Assembly: GCA_030698625.1 (NCBI GenBank)
Contig: JAUYMS010000034.1
Coordinates: 2,835-66,834 of the forward strand
Origin: Candidatus Omnitrophota bacterium
GTDB taxonomy: Bacteria; Omnitrophota; Omnitrophia; Omnitrophales; Aquincolibacteriaceae
Reading direction: 5' to 3'
Length of the DNA: 64,000 nucleotides
The translations under genes and the position numbers were made by a program. The notes under the pieces are model-generated. The model was not told the DNA's origin. It worked only from the letters and a program-made list of their open reading frames with translations, and did not search any database. How positions within the stretch are numbered: the first letter of the stretch is position 1; each line of letters starts with the position of its first letter. Below, piece after piece: positions 12,801-17,968 of this stretch.

Positions 12801-13818
12801 TAAGGAGCAGCCCTCGTCTTGTCAGGCCGCCGCCGAAGTAACTCGACACCGACGCCTCATAATCGTTACCGGCCAAGGTTGGGTTAAGCGTCACACCCCC
12901 GTCATGCACCGGATAGCTGTTATAACCGTACAGCTCCGTCCCGTTGCGAACGGCATAATTGCCGCGAACCACCGCCCAGTCAGTCCCGAGCGAGGCACGG
13001 TCAAAGTTGTCGGTAAACTCAACCAACTCGCTGGCCCGATAGGATTCTGTAGCAGAAACCTGCCCGCTGTTAATCAGATCCGTTTCCCGAATGAACTCAT
13101 TCAGCAAGGCTCGCGCTTCAACCTGCGAGGGCTCCCGCACGCGATCCTCCCGCACCGCCTGCCTCAACGCACTCAGATAGTCCTCAGGCTCGACTCGGGC
13201 GACCTCGCCGCCTGCACGATAGCCGTAAATGCCGGCGTCGCTAATGACGTATTCCGTAAACTCTAAGGCTGAAGAGCGGTCGAGTGCGCTGGGGCCGGAA
13301 TCGTGGAAATCGTGGGGATGCGTGTGCGAAACAAAGCTTGCCTGATTCAATAAGTTGAGGGGGGGATCACCAACACGGATCTCATCCCGATTACCAGAAC
13401 TAAAGAGAATGATCTCCCCTTTCAAAACGGCGATGCCGACCTCAAAGGACAGATCGGTTAACCGATCGATATCGTCGGCGGTCAGGCGGTCGACAACCAC
13501 AGCGACGGCATAATCGGGGCGCAGTTCCTCGGCGGCCGTTTCAAAATTAATGCGCGCAAGGTCTCCTTCTTCCTCGGCTTCTTCTTGTTCGAGTACTTCC
13601 GAGAGAGGACTGTTGTCTGAGAGAAAATCTGTGGATGTGCGGGGCTCACGCGGCTTTTCAACCTCAAGGGCGGCGCGGGCATCTTCAACTGCCCCGGATA
13701 GCGGCGTTAGCGGGAGGGAACCGACCTCATGAAGCTCGGCAGACATTCCGATCTGCGTCGTCAGAAATGTAATCACCGTAATAACCGCGATAACCTTTAT
13801 TTTTTCTCCGTGTCTCAT
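1..13818 (-). CDS. Giant secreted multidomain adhesin/RHS-like polymorphic toxin (at least 4606 aa; 3' end beyond left edge)
   Basis: Manual translation from ATG 13818 (MRHGEKIKVIAVITVITFLTTQIGMSAE, signal-peptide-like). The same frame is open wherever checked (13.3 kb, 6.1 kb, 3.2 kb, 1-900, ending ...EINRKTNKFMRL). An internal stop would have produced a large ORF in the track; none is listed. Confidence 0.93.
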   Translation of the reverse strand, partial: MRHGEKIKVIAVITVITFLTTQIGMSAELHEVGSLPLTPLSGAVEDARAALEVEKPREPRTSTDFLSDNSPLSEVLEQEEAEEEGDLARINFETAAEELRPDYAVAVVVDRLTADDIDRLTDLSFEVGIAVLKGEIILFSSGNRDEIRVGDPPLNLLNQASFVSHTHPHDFHDSGPSALDRSSALEFTEYVISDAGIYGYRAGGEVARVEPEDYLSALRQAVREDRVREPSQVEARALLNEFIRETDLINSGQVSATESYRASELVEFTDNFDRASLGTDWAVVRGNYAVRNGTELYGYNSYPVHDGGVTLNPTLAGNDYEASVSSYFGGGLTRRGLLLRYTDARQYYYVTVDEWGRGTIQKSVPDGVAAIHSFSVGTVSAAWHKITASVEGGHFKVYFDDVLKTEFEDTAPYLTGKVGIYADVYGRVFDNFSVRVLNAAPAVVPPTVEVVPEFTNAGTVTLAGTKAAGTGIWINGAEAEAVSTATTWSHTLTLTEEKLYSFSIAARDDSGNESTAVVVETTLDQTAPVVAITSAALTNDANYMLIYTVDGAAKTKSYTLVEGANPLTATGTDAAGNTTTVSYTVVLDTIAPKIVTDSVFFQGTTSLEGQTGYWSFDDVSGGTVTDQSGSGNDGQLMNGPASNPDHPNVILPNSGSLNFDGINDYVSTTTAFTNPSEFSLSLWFKTGSATGGKLIGFGRSQTGTSTSYDRHIYMNNAGQLYFGVYPGTVKTIKTVNSYNDGAWHHVAATLSADGMQLYMDGTLAAENAAVKTAENYPGYWRIGYDNLNGWVDRPSSYYFRGLMDDVRVFERGLSAEEIQSVASGDGLGGPAPVITIDSLTVEYTVDGISKTKAFENLVQGINELRIDEVDAAGNETVLTGSVTVDLVTTIAPPTVEDIPTFTNAGTVTLAGTKAAGTGIWINGAEAVAVSAGTTWSYAVTLTEEKLYSFSITARDDSGNESTAVVVETTFDSTAPAIVFTSAQTSVRAAYTLTYTADGADKAKDFTLTEGSNTLTVTETDAAGNETTASFAVAYEPIEAEVPIVLEAENAASIASPFAVYEDWYASAGSYIGVANGGVFLKSPDINKSVTFNTTVPWDGTYYLWGRTLSPSGDDDSFYVQIDNGPVQLWDTGTHTAWEWAQVKDRSAGLFKPVLSAGEHTIRIYQREDGTFLDSLYLTDDPTYTPSGADVVSAPYPFLLTLEAENMGKTTGGPASGGWNVWSNGEVYATRNIPETSGYEIEVIARGQQGGGVWPLMSLKIDNQTIAGPDPVAVTSWNSYLFDVELVAGNRKFAVAFTNDYCCTNGDRNLYVDKIIVRQKESPDEVFMLADGTELYYKSDVLVREITPAGDEVIYRADGSTAFYRYADGREIHYDDTTGVVRRLAAGGSLVETLTLPEASALNEDEALRLTLEDGIEAFYAAGQLVEMRTETGIRITDFTLNENNEIVDALIRYPDRSLDVIREGALLRRIAADGGIMDFTPAAFVVREILADITEYHSVEKLSQTEIAATRIFTAAGDSVKYDKLGIMREVEDAAGAHFIYNRIAAENGYTLSLDRAVSSAPEAKSMTAADYAADGSVLKTVLEDGSVIEFDDGRVLRALDETGAETAGYSYAEELSFMKGLTVNRDGTDFVYDDSGFLESIVTSGGTVRRLAEDTDGDGMLNDEAVVDLLLETVGGNQLSNFELDEDGNIISGIIETKEGIKQTIENGVMTGFETVDGKIYDFANDQALLREWHFRDGTHVVYGGGAISEILFPDGSRLHTIGFDNGAVATVTEETSDGIVKVYENGTLVRLTTSDGAQIYYGREGMAERIVLPDASEQTVSYLRGEAGGLQEIQFKGEHAFRAYTPAGTLLRVLTDGVHAEMTDGEVSQLYTRFGEVENPGFDAEGILSGTLTFADATQQTIEQGVLTKTVRADGTAVLYAEGRVSGVEIEGRRYDLSYEDAADGSLAGMQLIRTFDGGTSHSLVPYLLDPATAVLGVAPRDDSYSMQGTSTIDTNNFKTGHASMRFNAGGDILSVPEPASWLIGTGDFTVDFWMQSDNFPGESSVGFFQLGSSGGTGMRAAAAAGQSLEVWIDGSVRNFTWAPQVNRWYHIALVRQSGQLKAFVDGAQIGAAVEFARNVSGASGGLSVGGLHGGAYSMQGRMDEFRVSRTARWNTGFTPGVEEYERDGDTQYLLHFLDPSYERPEPLTDPELSEILLARPAHDALADPLAVSSELDGGTTLLVSKLVSDTDRETVYEFAGEYDPEWTGVSLNNPVNSFGYIGRNHTMDVHDNLPAQTADLIDMNGDGLKDHVFIDVTANMGFWWIQYNNGNGFDSPVRWTGVDQDYGNEVCCNAHTMGALRFFEGRHPHVLGDLADMNGDGLPDRVVQKFLGEQTWYVQYNNGSGFDPLEVWAENAQPASQWSFQAAYALEVRDDGKDVQELLSDLVDIDGDGLADRIVRPAVQPFSHWFYQHNTGDGFDSAILWTGVDMTFHNDPEIAGSLSWYERQSTAQGELVADVSDLVDMDGDGRLDRVLVKESFLGDAGAVQEWYVQFNNGKGFEPAVLWDNSVRALPGVGGVAAVGVRAFLGWDEPRNVLIDIMDVTGDGLPDRVSVDANDGGTHDTWWVEVNTGSSFANPVAWSGIEGTGTRETAITQDDRNFRSYNGGGRSPAYVRKVAELTDVNGDAIPDRVLYTEGDTEWRVQLGTGSGFLPASVMAIGGIQAASSSVKSSLYDYLHVSVRAAQPVGAAEGRVKVTLGDPAEPESYQEWTIDAVGMEWADHYLPMDAGKSDADELRITFEPAGENPGIPLYVDNVTFAAPRPPAVKDWLDRMLTQEDLLAEVYSDRNETLAQYLGLSEANGEVDFDWGRLLTAETRIDFDTAGEAEEFETLYGTVSQMEAGRVSRSRLPDGTVIEFDDQTQTVTREDGTAETLDLAYGRVRAMSRAGESPLEYSYEFNDAGEEITVVYDPDTGLAERYLAERLISRTAATGVDTVYEYGEDGALLRSSIVYKGRVRQTFEHSTNDGGNRVITTEQGVREEYGEDGNILSHITPEGFRYAHSFETARDVVTVAVTETVELPDGSTFTVDVPSVSLVDNPAGEEVHRITLTGFTGPEGEEAGYEDGTLTNLRLADGTLISFDAAEADETGASILLDATVFHNDGTVTEFRDGNPYAVTGAAGHMVGLVTENGHLVNPNESAEFHQAEAEKLWQDQILTVWQDFGLPGTLPIESEYALDGELVTRRYAEGVLETYHEGRIDRVLAGNGEQLVVYSYDADGNPIRIEMGGARRRLDSAVLRLRAEIAVEREEALARVAEREQVLSQTLEGQYVVARDRLLAIRDKLEAQHGEIASIEVRGKQGKSTLGNALSQIQVGLDQVNGALEALAAQRAAALEQLAAQVAEASQQILSEAEASFAEIEAENQIARRNILQQEITPVVYHWYRKIMGRDPSQAEYAAVIATADFETGLFDLEALKQSLLTSQELLDRTAEVQTIKNNVETELLTYLLLSDTEKLAYAEALGLLPEQVVDLSAAEANAALDWVRTRSLHFGQSAYLAIEAMLARAGLEFERVELASRLILIDILTGTITPLEKDDLVISMFALRTVAAHYGLETQSFALNYDALKAIYDDTCAPDPDTCDFRLVAHVNGNHYIIVTRVTDDEISYIDPGAGAQQALDQVTMTKEEFVAIWVDPSDPDKGFGYALSQRPPPAEADPASYAALTIEKEMSVRGAFFTLLVIAFIAISQAVMAAVSATIAAIGTVLTGLISGVGSILSGFGSFFGGLFTGNFLAGLQGLFAGVLTGLGQIAGGVIGGIIEFGYGLASALGTLNATLLAPVQGFLNGIPLIGGALSGFVGSAGFNLALIGLELQGAGSLLEAVGVSPKLSRTIIAGGKIAMGIGLLATGNPLGVAASLGFVSGGTSEMLNLHTSLPPLATNLISIGAAGLAAFGGGFSGGGESIAAGLTSLQTALPHLTMDLASAGVTAAGNALGLDWRITALIGIPVMASVGGLMNGLTNGTGAGSVFNSIKDALTSGQTLGGLVSVGAAIGLDALGAPPIATNFISNFLGSIASGLAGGSSGGGGPGDIQAKGQSILSKIGEGLQKFGRGIANVVGNVVSFGQKVVEGVGNVTVQGFKKAVSAFSSIFSRQTQEGIYQDEVGLKGATVTQNGDIWTWQNGSSRIDYNTQTGEATESFGVGGSARITGLGQDEGGGIYYQKLTYETAVGGGAVLNQTFDNGKLTGWSYGIEGTPIITVKGPEDQKPWMTEDGRIFQGDVEINPSPVVIKIPDDFDPQRPTLFDNLFFKFNILDGKVAYASAEVRPGASTTVAAPTDTSKFVFGNGFNNEIVPENTPDKLMPSFVSDLATKDFIINIAKTLLVPMYETTGLVGNILDWAQDFIFKLSSASELLKTAALGITPSVLPILANALGGNDLIEEVKKKLLDFEKAKGILDKGIAFAHSGFFAPLLGALEKTRDDGSYFDVQTVINYEGPNVNWNDHIDNPNLKRIINVWGTAPNEIIETRANQIPGCNTNGSVSCIDPSKKPVVISDFGPPSNPTNLLSEWSKAGFTGSAPGGIENVNILILNARHNDFSYDATAWNDPGNQFEPEMIAQEINRKTNKFMRL
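1640..2676 (-). other. Gene A domain: Gly/Ala-rich hydrophobic membrane-inserting region
   Basis: FFTLLVIAFIAISQAVMAAVSATIAAIGTVLTGLISGVGSILSGFGSFFGGLF... about 340 aa with very few charged residues and many GxxxG-like motifs. Confidence 0.75.
2760..3230 (-). other. Gene A domain: peptidase C39-like domain with Cys-to-Ser at the nucleophile position
   Basis: FGQSAYLAIEAML ... ISMFALRTVAAHYGL ... VAHVNGNHYIIVTRV ... SYIDPG ... MTKEEFVAIW follows the C39 pattern CG..CL / HF(Y)VV / DP / ..EEF...W. Confidence 0.75.
4000..5250 (-). repeat. Gene A: YD/RHS-like beta-hairpin repeats (second block)
   Basis: Repeated units such as LPDGTVIEFD, YEYGEDGALL, EYGEDGNILSHITPEG, YSYDADGNPIRIE. Confidence 0.65.
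5740..6980 (-). repeat. Gene A: six FG-GAP/VCBS-type repeats (beta-propeller)
   Basis: DMNGDGLKD, DMNGDGLPD, DIDGDGLAD, DMDGDGRLD, DVTGDGLPD, DVNGDAIPD, each followed by W..Q.N(N/T)G.GF-like strands. Confidence 0.85.
7280..7860 (-). other. Gene A domain: LamG-like jelly-roll (second)
   Basis: GDFTVDFWM ... WYHIALVRQSGQLKAFVDG ... MQGRMDEFRVS. Confidence 0.85.
7990..9860 (-). repeat. Gene A: YD/RHS-like beta-hairpin repeats (first block)
   Basis: Recurrent xDGx.Y/F turns: LADGTELYY, YADGREIHYD, RDGTDFVYDDSGFL, TSDGAQIYYG. Confidence 0.6.
9870..10690 (-). other. Gene A domains: CBM6/35-like module followed by CBM60-like module
   Basis: VLEAENA...GTYYLWGR...DSFYVQIDNG...LSAGEHTIRIYQREDGTFLD; then LEAENM...FAVAFTNDYCCTNGDRNLYVDKI. 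Confidence 0.7.
10916..11142 (-). repeat. Direct repeat copy 1 (Ig-like module) in gene A
   Basis: High DNA identity to 12257-12483, in-frame offset 1341 nt; encodes TNAGTVTLAGTKAAGTGIWINGAEA...LTEEKLYSFSI.ARDDSGNESTAVVVET. Confidence 0.9.
11360..11995 (-). other. Gene A domain: LamG-like jelly-roll (first)
   Basis: GYWSFDD...SLNFDGINDYV...FSLSLWFKT...YNDGAWHHVAATL...FRGLMDDVRVFERGLS. Confidence 0.9.
12257..12483 (-). repeat. Direct repeat copy 2 (Ig-like module) in gene A
   Basis: High DNA identity to 10916-11142. Confidence 0.9.
12510..13020 (-). other. Gene A domain: ConA-like/DUF1080-like beta-sandwich
   Basis: FTDNFDRASLGTDW...WHKITASVEGGHFKVYFDD...GKVGIY...FDNFSV. Confidence 0.65.
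13200..13460 (-). other. Gene A domain: JAB/MPN-like metallo-motif
   Basis: FEVGIAV ... FVSHTHPHDFHDSGPSALD ... EYVISDAGIYGY, i.e. E...HxH-x9-SxxD. Confidence 0.6.
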
Positions 13819-13826
13819 CACACGGA

Positions 13827-13855
13827 AAGGTACCCGCGGTTCGGTGGTTACTCAA
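13827..13855 (-). promoter_or_regulatory. Putative sigma-70 promoter for gene A (leaderless or near-leaderless)
   Basis: TTGAGT-17nt-TACCTT, 8 nt before the ATG; no Shine-Dalgarno sequence. Confidence 0.45.
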
Positions 13856-13926
13856 TGGGAGGAGGTCAAAATAGACGCGCGTGATCTATTATTAGTAGAT
13901 TTCTATCTATTGAATTACTTAGACGC

Positions 13927-13954
13927 GAGGAGATACACGATTGTGTATCTCTTC
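13927..13954. terminator. Hairpin/palindrome between PEP-CTERM gene and gene A
   Basis: GAGATACAC-GATT-GTGTATCTC perfect 9-bp stem; no long U tract. Confidence 0.45.
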
Positions 13955-13999
13955 ATCCAGGAGGGTACTGCACTTTGGATTTAGTGATAAAGCCTGAGG

Positions 14000-14767
14000 T
14001 TATTCTTTGGGTTTAACGCGTCTTTTGCGCCATGCTCCAAGGCCGGCAAGTGCACTTCCGAGAAGCACCATGCTCGAGGGCTCGGGAACATTTGTGCTGC
14101 CGCCCGACGGCGTCGGCGATTGAACCACCTGCCCGACGCTACCGACCGTGAAGTCGTCGAAACCAAAGAAGTCAACGCCTGCAGCGGTGTTACCAAACTG
14201 CACCTCGCTAAAGAGGTTTTGAGTGTCTATCACAGCAAAATAGAGAACTCCCCCGCCTGTTACGTTGGTGGAGTTCGGAACGGTGATGACTTGGGTGGTT
14301 CCGTTCAAAAGGGTGAGCTGTACCTGCCCGCCGAAGTCACCGATATCGGTGGCGAAGAAGCCGAAGGCCGCCACGGGATCGGACAAAAGGATTGAAAATG
14401 AACTGCCGGTCTCAAAATAGTTGTCGCCGGAGATCGGAAACCGGCCGACTCCGTTGGTACCGGATGATACGGTCTGAACAGAACCCGTTCCCTGCAGGGT
14501 CGCCGTCACACCGGCCCCCGGGAAGTTGATTACGAGCGGGGTTCCGGTATTGTCTGCAAATCCCTCGAAATCTTCGGTGCCGGGGCTGATAAGGTTACTC
14601 AAGAATGAAGCCTGTGCCGCATCGGCATTGGGATGACTGGTCTGACGCGTCCCTTCTCCGATACCGGCGTCCTCGCCGAAGAAGGTCTGCGGAACAGCGT
14701 AAGCGCCTGTTGCCAAACTGAGCACCGCGACGAATACCGCTACTGCAACAAACAGGGAGCGCTTCAT
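14000..14767 (-). CDS. PEP-CTERM sorting-domain surface protein
   Basis: Start moved to MKRSLFVAVAV (signal peptide, AGGAG RBS upstream); C-terminus VPEPSSMVLLGSALAGLGAWRKRR. Confidence 0.93.
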   Translation of the reverse strand: MKRSLFVAVAVFVAVLSLATGAYAVPQTFFGEDAGIGEGTRQTSHPNADAAQASFLSNLISPGTEDFEGFADNTGTPLVINFPGAGVTATLQGTGSVQTVSSGTNGVGRFPISGDNYFETGSSFSILLSDPVAAFGFFATDIGDFGGQVQLTLLNGTTQVITVPNSTNVTGGGVLYFAVIDTQNLFSEVQFGNTAAGVDFFGFDDFTVGSVGQVVQSPTPSGGSTNVPEPSSMVLLGSALAGLGAWRKRRVKPKE

Positions 14768-14825
14768 TAGTGAATCTCCTAGTAAATTGAATATTTGTCG
14801 GTTACTAAAATGACGCTTATAACAC

Positions 14826-14841
14826 AGCAACTCCTATGCCA
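14826..14841 (-). promoter_or_regulatory. Sigma-54 (-24/-12) promoter
   Basis: TGGCATAGGAGTTGCT matches TGGCAC-N5-TTGC with correct spacing, 58 nt upstream of the ATG. Confidence 0.8.
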
Positions 14842-14913
14842 GAAGCACCTACCCCATGAAGTTCAAAAAATTTTGCTTTAACGCATTTAACAGTCGTCTG
14901 TTAGGAGGTTATC

Positions 14914-14948
14914 CACAGACACACATACCCGATATGTCACAGACACAC
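14914..14948. promoter_or_regulatory. 11-bp direct repeat pair, candidate enhancer (UAS)
   Basis: CACAGACACAC at 14914-14924 and 14938-14948, about 75-105 nt upstream of the -24 box. Confidence 0.35.
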
Positions 14949-15018
14949 CGGGACATGCCTTGATATAGCGTCTATGGATGTGAACAATGTGAGGAATTCT
15001 CGATATAGAGACGGAAAA

Positions 15019-16884
15019 TCAAACGTCTAAAAAATGCACGCACATGAGGGTGCGGTCGTCGTGGGCCGTGTCCTGGCCGCGCTGGTAGGTTTTCATCGCG
15101 TCAAAGAGGTGCTTCACCATGTCCTTGGCCGTACTGCCGCTCTTCGCCTTGGCTTCAACCGCTTTGCTGAGCCGCTCAATACCCATCTCCGCGCCCTTGG
15201 GATCACGCAGTTCTTTAACACCGTCACTGCACAGCACAAAGCAGTCGCCCTTCTTGACAGGGATTTCGCAGGATTCGTATTGGGTCCCGTCAAACATGCC
15301 GAGCGGCATGCCGCCGACCTTGGTCACAACCTCAGTCTTGCCCTCACTCTGATGAAAGAGAATCATAGGTTCGTGCCCGGCTGAGGCGTATTTCAGTGTC
15401 ATGCCTTTGACATCAACAATGACATAGGCCAGCGTAAGGAACATTCCGGATACCTCGGCAGTTGCCAAGATATGATTGAGTTCCGCACACACATCGCCAG
15501 GTTCGCGGTCGCGCTTACTGATGCTGCGAAAATCGCTAATGGATTTTGCCATGTAGAGCGCAGCCGGCATTCCCTTGCCCGAGACATCCCCCACACAGAA
15601 TCCGTACTTGCCTTCACCAAGGTCCGCCCAATCATAGAGATCTCCCCCAACGCCCTTAATGAAACGGATCTCATATGCGACATCAATCTGTACGGGGTTC
15701 GGCGCCACGCGCGGCAGGAAGTTTTCCTGAATGCGCACAGCGGCAGAAAGCTCCTGCTGCATGCGTTCCCGCACAAAGAGCTCGGCAAGGTATTTCATGA
15801 AAAGCATGACGGCATATATCAACAGGATCACAGCCGCGGGCATGAAAAGCGGCAGGATGAAATCCGCAAAGATAAACACCGCAAGATTGATAACCCAGTA
15901 GCCGGCGATGAGACCGAGCGAGGCAAGAAGGCCGTGCACGGGCTTAAACTTAGTCATCCACCAGGAAACGGCCAGAGCAAATATGAGAAGCATCAGAAGA
16001 TGAGCGTATTCGGGCAGCTTTCTGAGCGGGCGGTTTTCAAGCAGCGTGTGCATCGCCGTTGCCTGCACCACAAGACCGACTTCCTGCGTAGAAAACGGGG
16101 TCGGCTTCAGATCCGTTGTGCCGGTCGCCGTATGCCCCACCATCACGACGCGGCCTTTAAAGAGCGCCTTCAGTTCGGCACCTTTATTCATACCGGCCAT
16201 CTTGATGACTTCCGCAACGGAAATTCTCTTATAAGCCTTTTCAGTGCCCGGATAATTGAGCCAAATTTGATTTTTAGAGTCGAGCGGCAATGCGGCCAAC
16301 CACTCATCGGCACCCTCCCCGCGCATCAGACCCGAGATATGAACCGAAGGCTGGAAAAACCTGCCCTGAGGCGTGTCGATATAGGCCTTGATGCGGCGCA
16401 CGCGGCCGTCGTAATCGGCAGAGACATTCACAAAGCCTGTGCCTCGTGACGCTTTCTGAAACGACTCAAGAGGAAACGAACCATGAAACGGCTCTTCTGA
16501 GGTATAAAAAAACGGCAGCACCACATTACCCGCGCGCTCCAGAGCCGCTTGCAGTTTAAGGTCCTCCGCAGGGTCGGGGCTTGCTTCGGTAAAGAGGATA
16601 TCGAAAAAGATGTAGTTGGGCTCGGTGCGGGTCAATATATCCAGGAGTACCCCGTAAACGCCTCTCGGCCAAGGCCATTCACCGAAAGCAGCGAGACTGG
16701 GGTCGTCTATCGTGACAAGGACGATGTCGGAGTGGGCACTTTTTTCGCCGCGGAGCTTGAACCTTAAATCAATCGCTTCAAGTTCATGGAAATCAATAAC
16801 GCGAAAGAGGTGACAGACAAATAAGAGGAGCACCACCGCCGGAATAACATAGCCCGGCCGAAACCAGGTTTTGGGTGAAGCCAC
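15019..16884 (-). CDS. CHASE2 sensor fused to SpoIIE/PP2C (RsbU-like) phosphatase
   Basis: IVLVTIDDPSL...WPWPR...FDILF (CHASE2), three TM helices, then VGGDLYD, GDVSGKGMPAALYM, ASAGHEP, CSDGV, HDDRT. Confidence 0.93.
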   Translation of the reverse strand: MASPKTWFRPGYVIPAVVLLLFVCHLFRVIDFHELEAIDLRFKLRGEKSAHSDIVLVTIDDPSLAAFGEWPWPRGVYGVLLDILTRTEPNYIFFDILFTEASPDPAEDLKLQAALERAGNVVLPFFYTSEEPFHGSFPLESFQKASRGTGFVNVSADYDGRVRRIKAYIDTPQGRFFQPSVHISGLMRGEGADEWLAALPLDSKNQIWLNYPGTEKAYKRISVAEVIKMAGMNKGAELKALFKGRVVMVGHTATGTTDLKPTPFSTQEVGLVVQATAMHTLLENRPLRKLPEYAHLLMLLIFALAVSWWMTKFKPVHGLLASLGLIAGYWVINLAVFIFADFILPLFMPAAVILLIYAVMLFMKYLAELFVRERMQQELSAAVRIQENFLPRVAPNPVQIDVAYEIRFIKGVGGDLYDWADLGEGKYGFCVGDVSGKGMPAALYMAKSISDFRSISKRDREPGDVCAELNHILATAEVSGMFLTLAYVIVDVKGMTLKYASAGHEPMILFHQSEGKTEVVTKVGGMPLGMFDGTQYESCEIPVKKGDCFVLCSDGVKELRDPKGAEMGIERLSKAVEAKAKSGSTAKDMVKHLFDAMKTYQRGQDTAHDDRTLMCVHFLDV

Positions 16885-16889
16885 GCCGG

Positions 16890-17933
16890 TTATTCCTCAG
16901 GGGGTGCGTCATTAGGAACCACGGGATCGGGTTCCGGATCTTCCTCTTCGTCAGTAACAACAGCGCCGGTATCAAGCTGAGGATCGAGTCCTGCGCCGGT
17001 ACCCCCGCCGAGATCATTCTGGAAGAACTCGCCATTTCCTGCCGGCGGCTCAGAATTATTTTCCTGACGCTTTTGTGCAACGTCTTCGAGAATGTCCTGA
17101 ATCTGATCAAGCCAGAAAGGATCAATCACAGCCAAGAGAGACTCATCCGGGGATTGACCAAAATCCAAGTCGATCTGAAAACCCTCGGGCACACTCACGG
17201 CCGACCCTTCCTCGCCTTCCAGATAGACCGCGATAGAGCTAGGGTCCTCGCCTTCGTCCGGGACATCCACCGCCGCGGCAACAAACTCGCCGTTACTGGC
17301 GGTGTAGTTGACAAAATACGTGGTTCCGCGCACGGCAGCCACTGCGGTCGGTGTGGTCACCTTCCAGTTGGCATTCTTACCGAGTCCGTCGAAGACATTG
17401 TAAAGCGTGCCGTCCTCGAGAAAAATATCCGTCGGCTCAATCGCGCGAAAAACCGCACGTGTGTTGCCCGGCACCGTGACGATATTGAGGAAACTTTCAT
17501 CGAAGGCAATCTGGACGCGAGCACCTTCGCTCGTGAGCACGATATCCCCTTCCTGAATATAGCTGCCGGCTCTGAGTTTTTGCCAGTCATCAGAGCCCTC
17601 GCGCGCTATCTTGGCGCGTCCCTGTACTTCGTAAATTTTGGCCTGCTTGTCCTGTTTGCTCGCAGCAATAATCTCCGGCGTAGCCGCGATACGGCCCAGC
17701 GAGGGATCCGCAAATACCGCAGACAAAGGGTTCGGAAGCATCCCCGCAACACCCGCCTGACCCGTCGGCGGCAACACCCCCTGCATTCCGCCGTCACCGA
17801 GCAAGGCCTGGTCCACAGATACGTCGCGGCTTGAGGCCGACTCGGCCGCATGCGCCGGAAATGACACAAGACCTACCCCCACGATCACGAGAATAAGGCC
17901 CACGGCCATTTCAAAACGTATTGCTGTTTTCAT
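16890..17933 (-). CDS. FecR-domain periplasmic protein
   Basis: Start at MKTAIRF (GGAGG upstream); signal peptide; EGDIVLT, VTTPTAVAAVRGTTY FecR-type motifs; acidic tail. Confidence 0.85.
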   Translation of the reverse strand: MKTAIRFEMAVGLILVIVGVGLVSFPAHAAESASSRDVSVDQALLGDGGMQGVLPPTGQAGVAGMLPNPLSAVFADPSLGRIAATPEIIAASKQDKQAKIYEVQGRAKIAREGSDDWQKLRAGSYIQEGDIVLTSEGARVQIAFDESFLNIVTVPGNTRAVFRAIEPTDIFLEDGTLYNVFDGLGKNANWKVTTPTAVAAVRGTTYFVNYTASNGEFVAAAVDVPDEGEDPSSIAVYLEGEEGSAVSVPEGFQIDLDFGQSPDESLLAVIDPFWLDQIQDILEDVAQKRQENNSEPPAGNGEFFQNDLGGGTGAGLDPQLDTGAVVTDEEEDPEPDPVVPNDAPPEE

Positions 17934-17968
17934 AACAACCTCCGAAAAGATTTTTTTATACTCATCCG

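Noticed and set aside
107-13732. Many short ORFs in the track over the left 13.8 kb
   Set aside because: They are antisense or off-frame shadows of gene A with no recognisable motifs.
14768-14830. Longer N-terminus for the PEP-CTERM ORF given in the track
   Set aside because: It overlaps the sigma-54 promoter; RBS and signal peptide support ATG 14767.
14909-14917. Perfect DnaA box TTATCCACA
   Set aside because: Single copy, with no box cluster or origin-associated genes nearby; not called as oriC.
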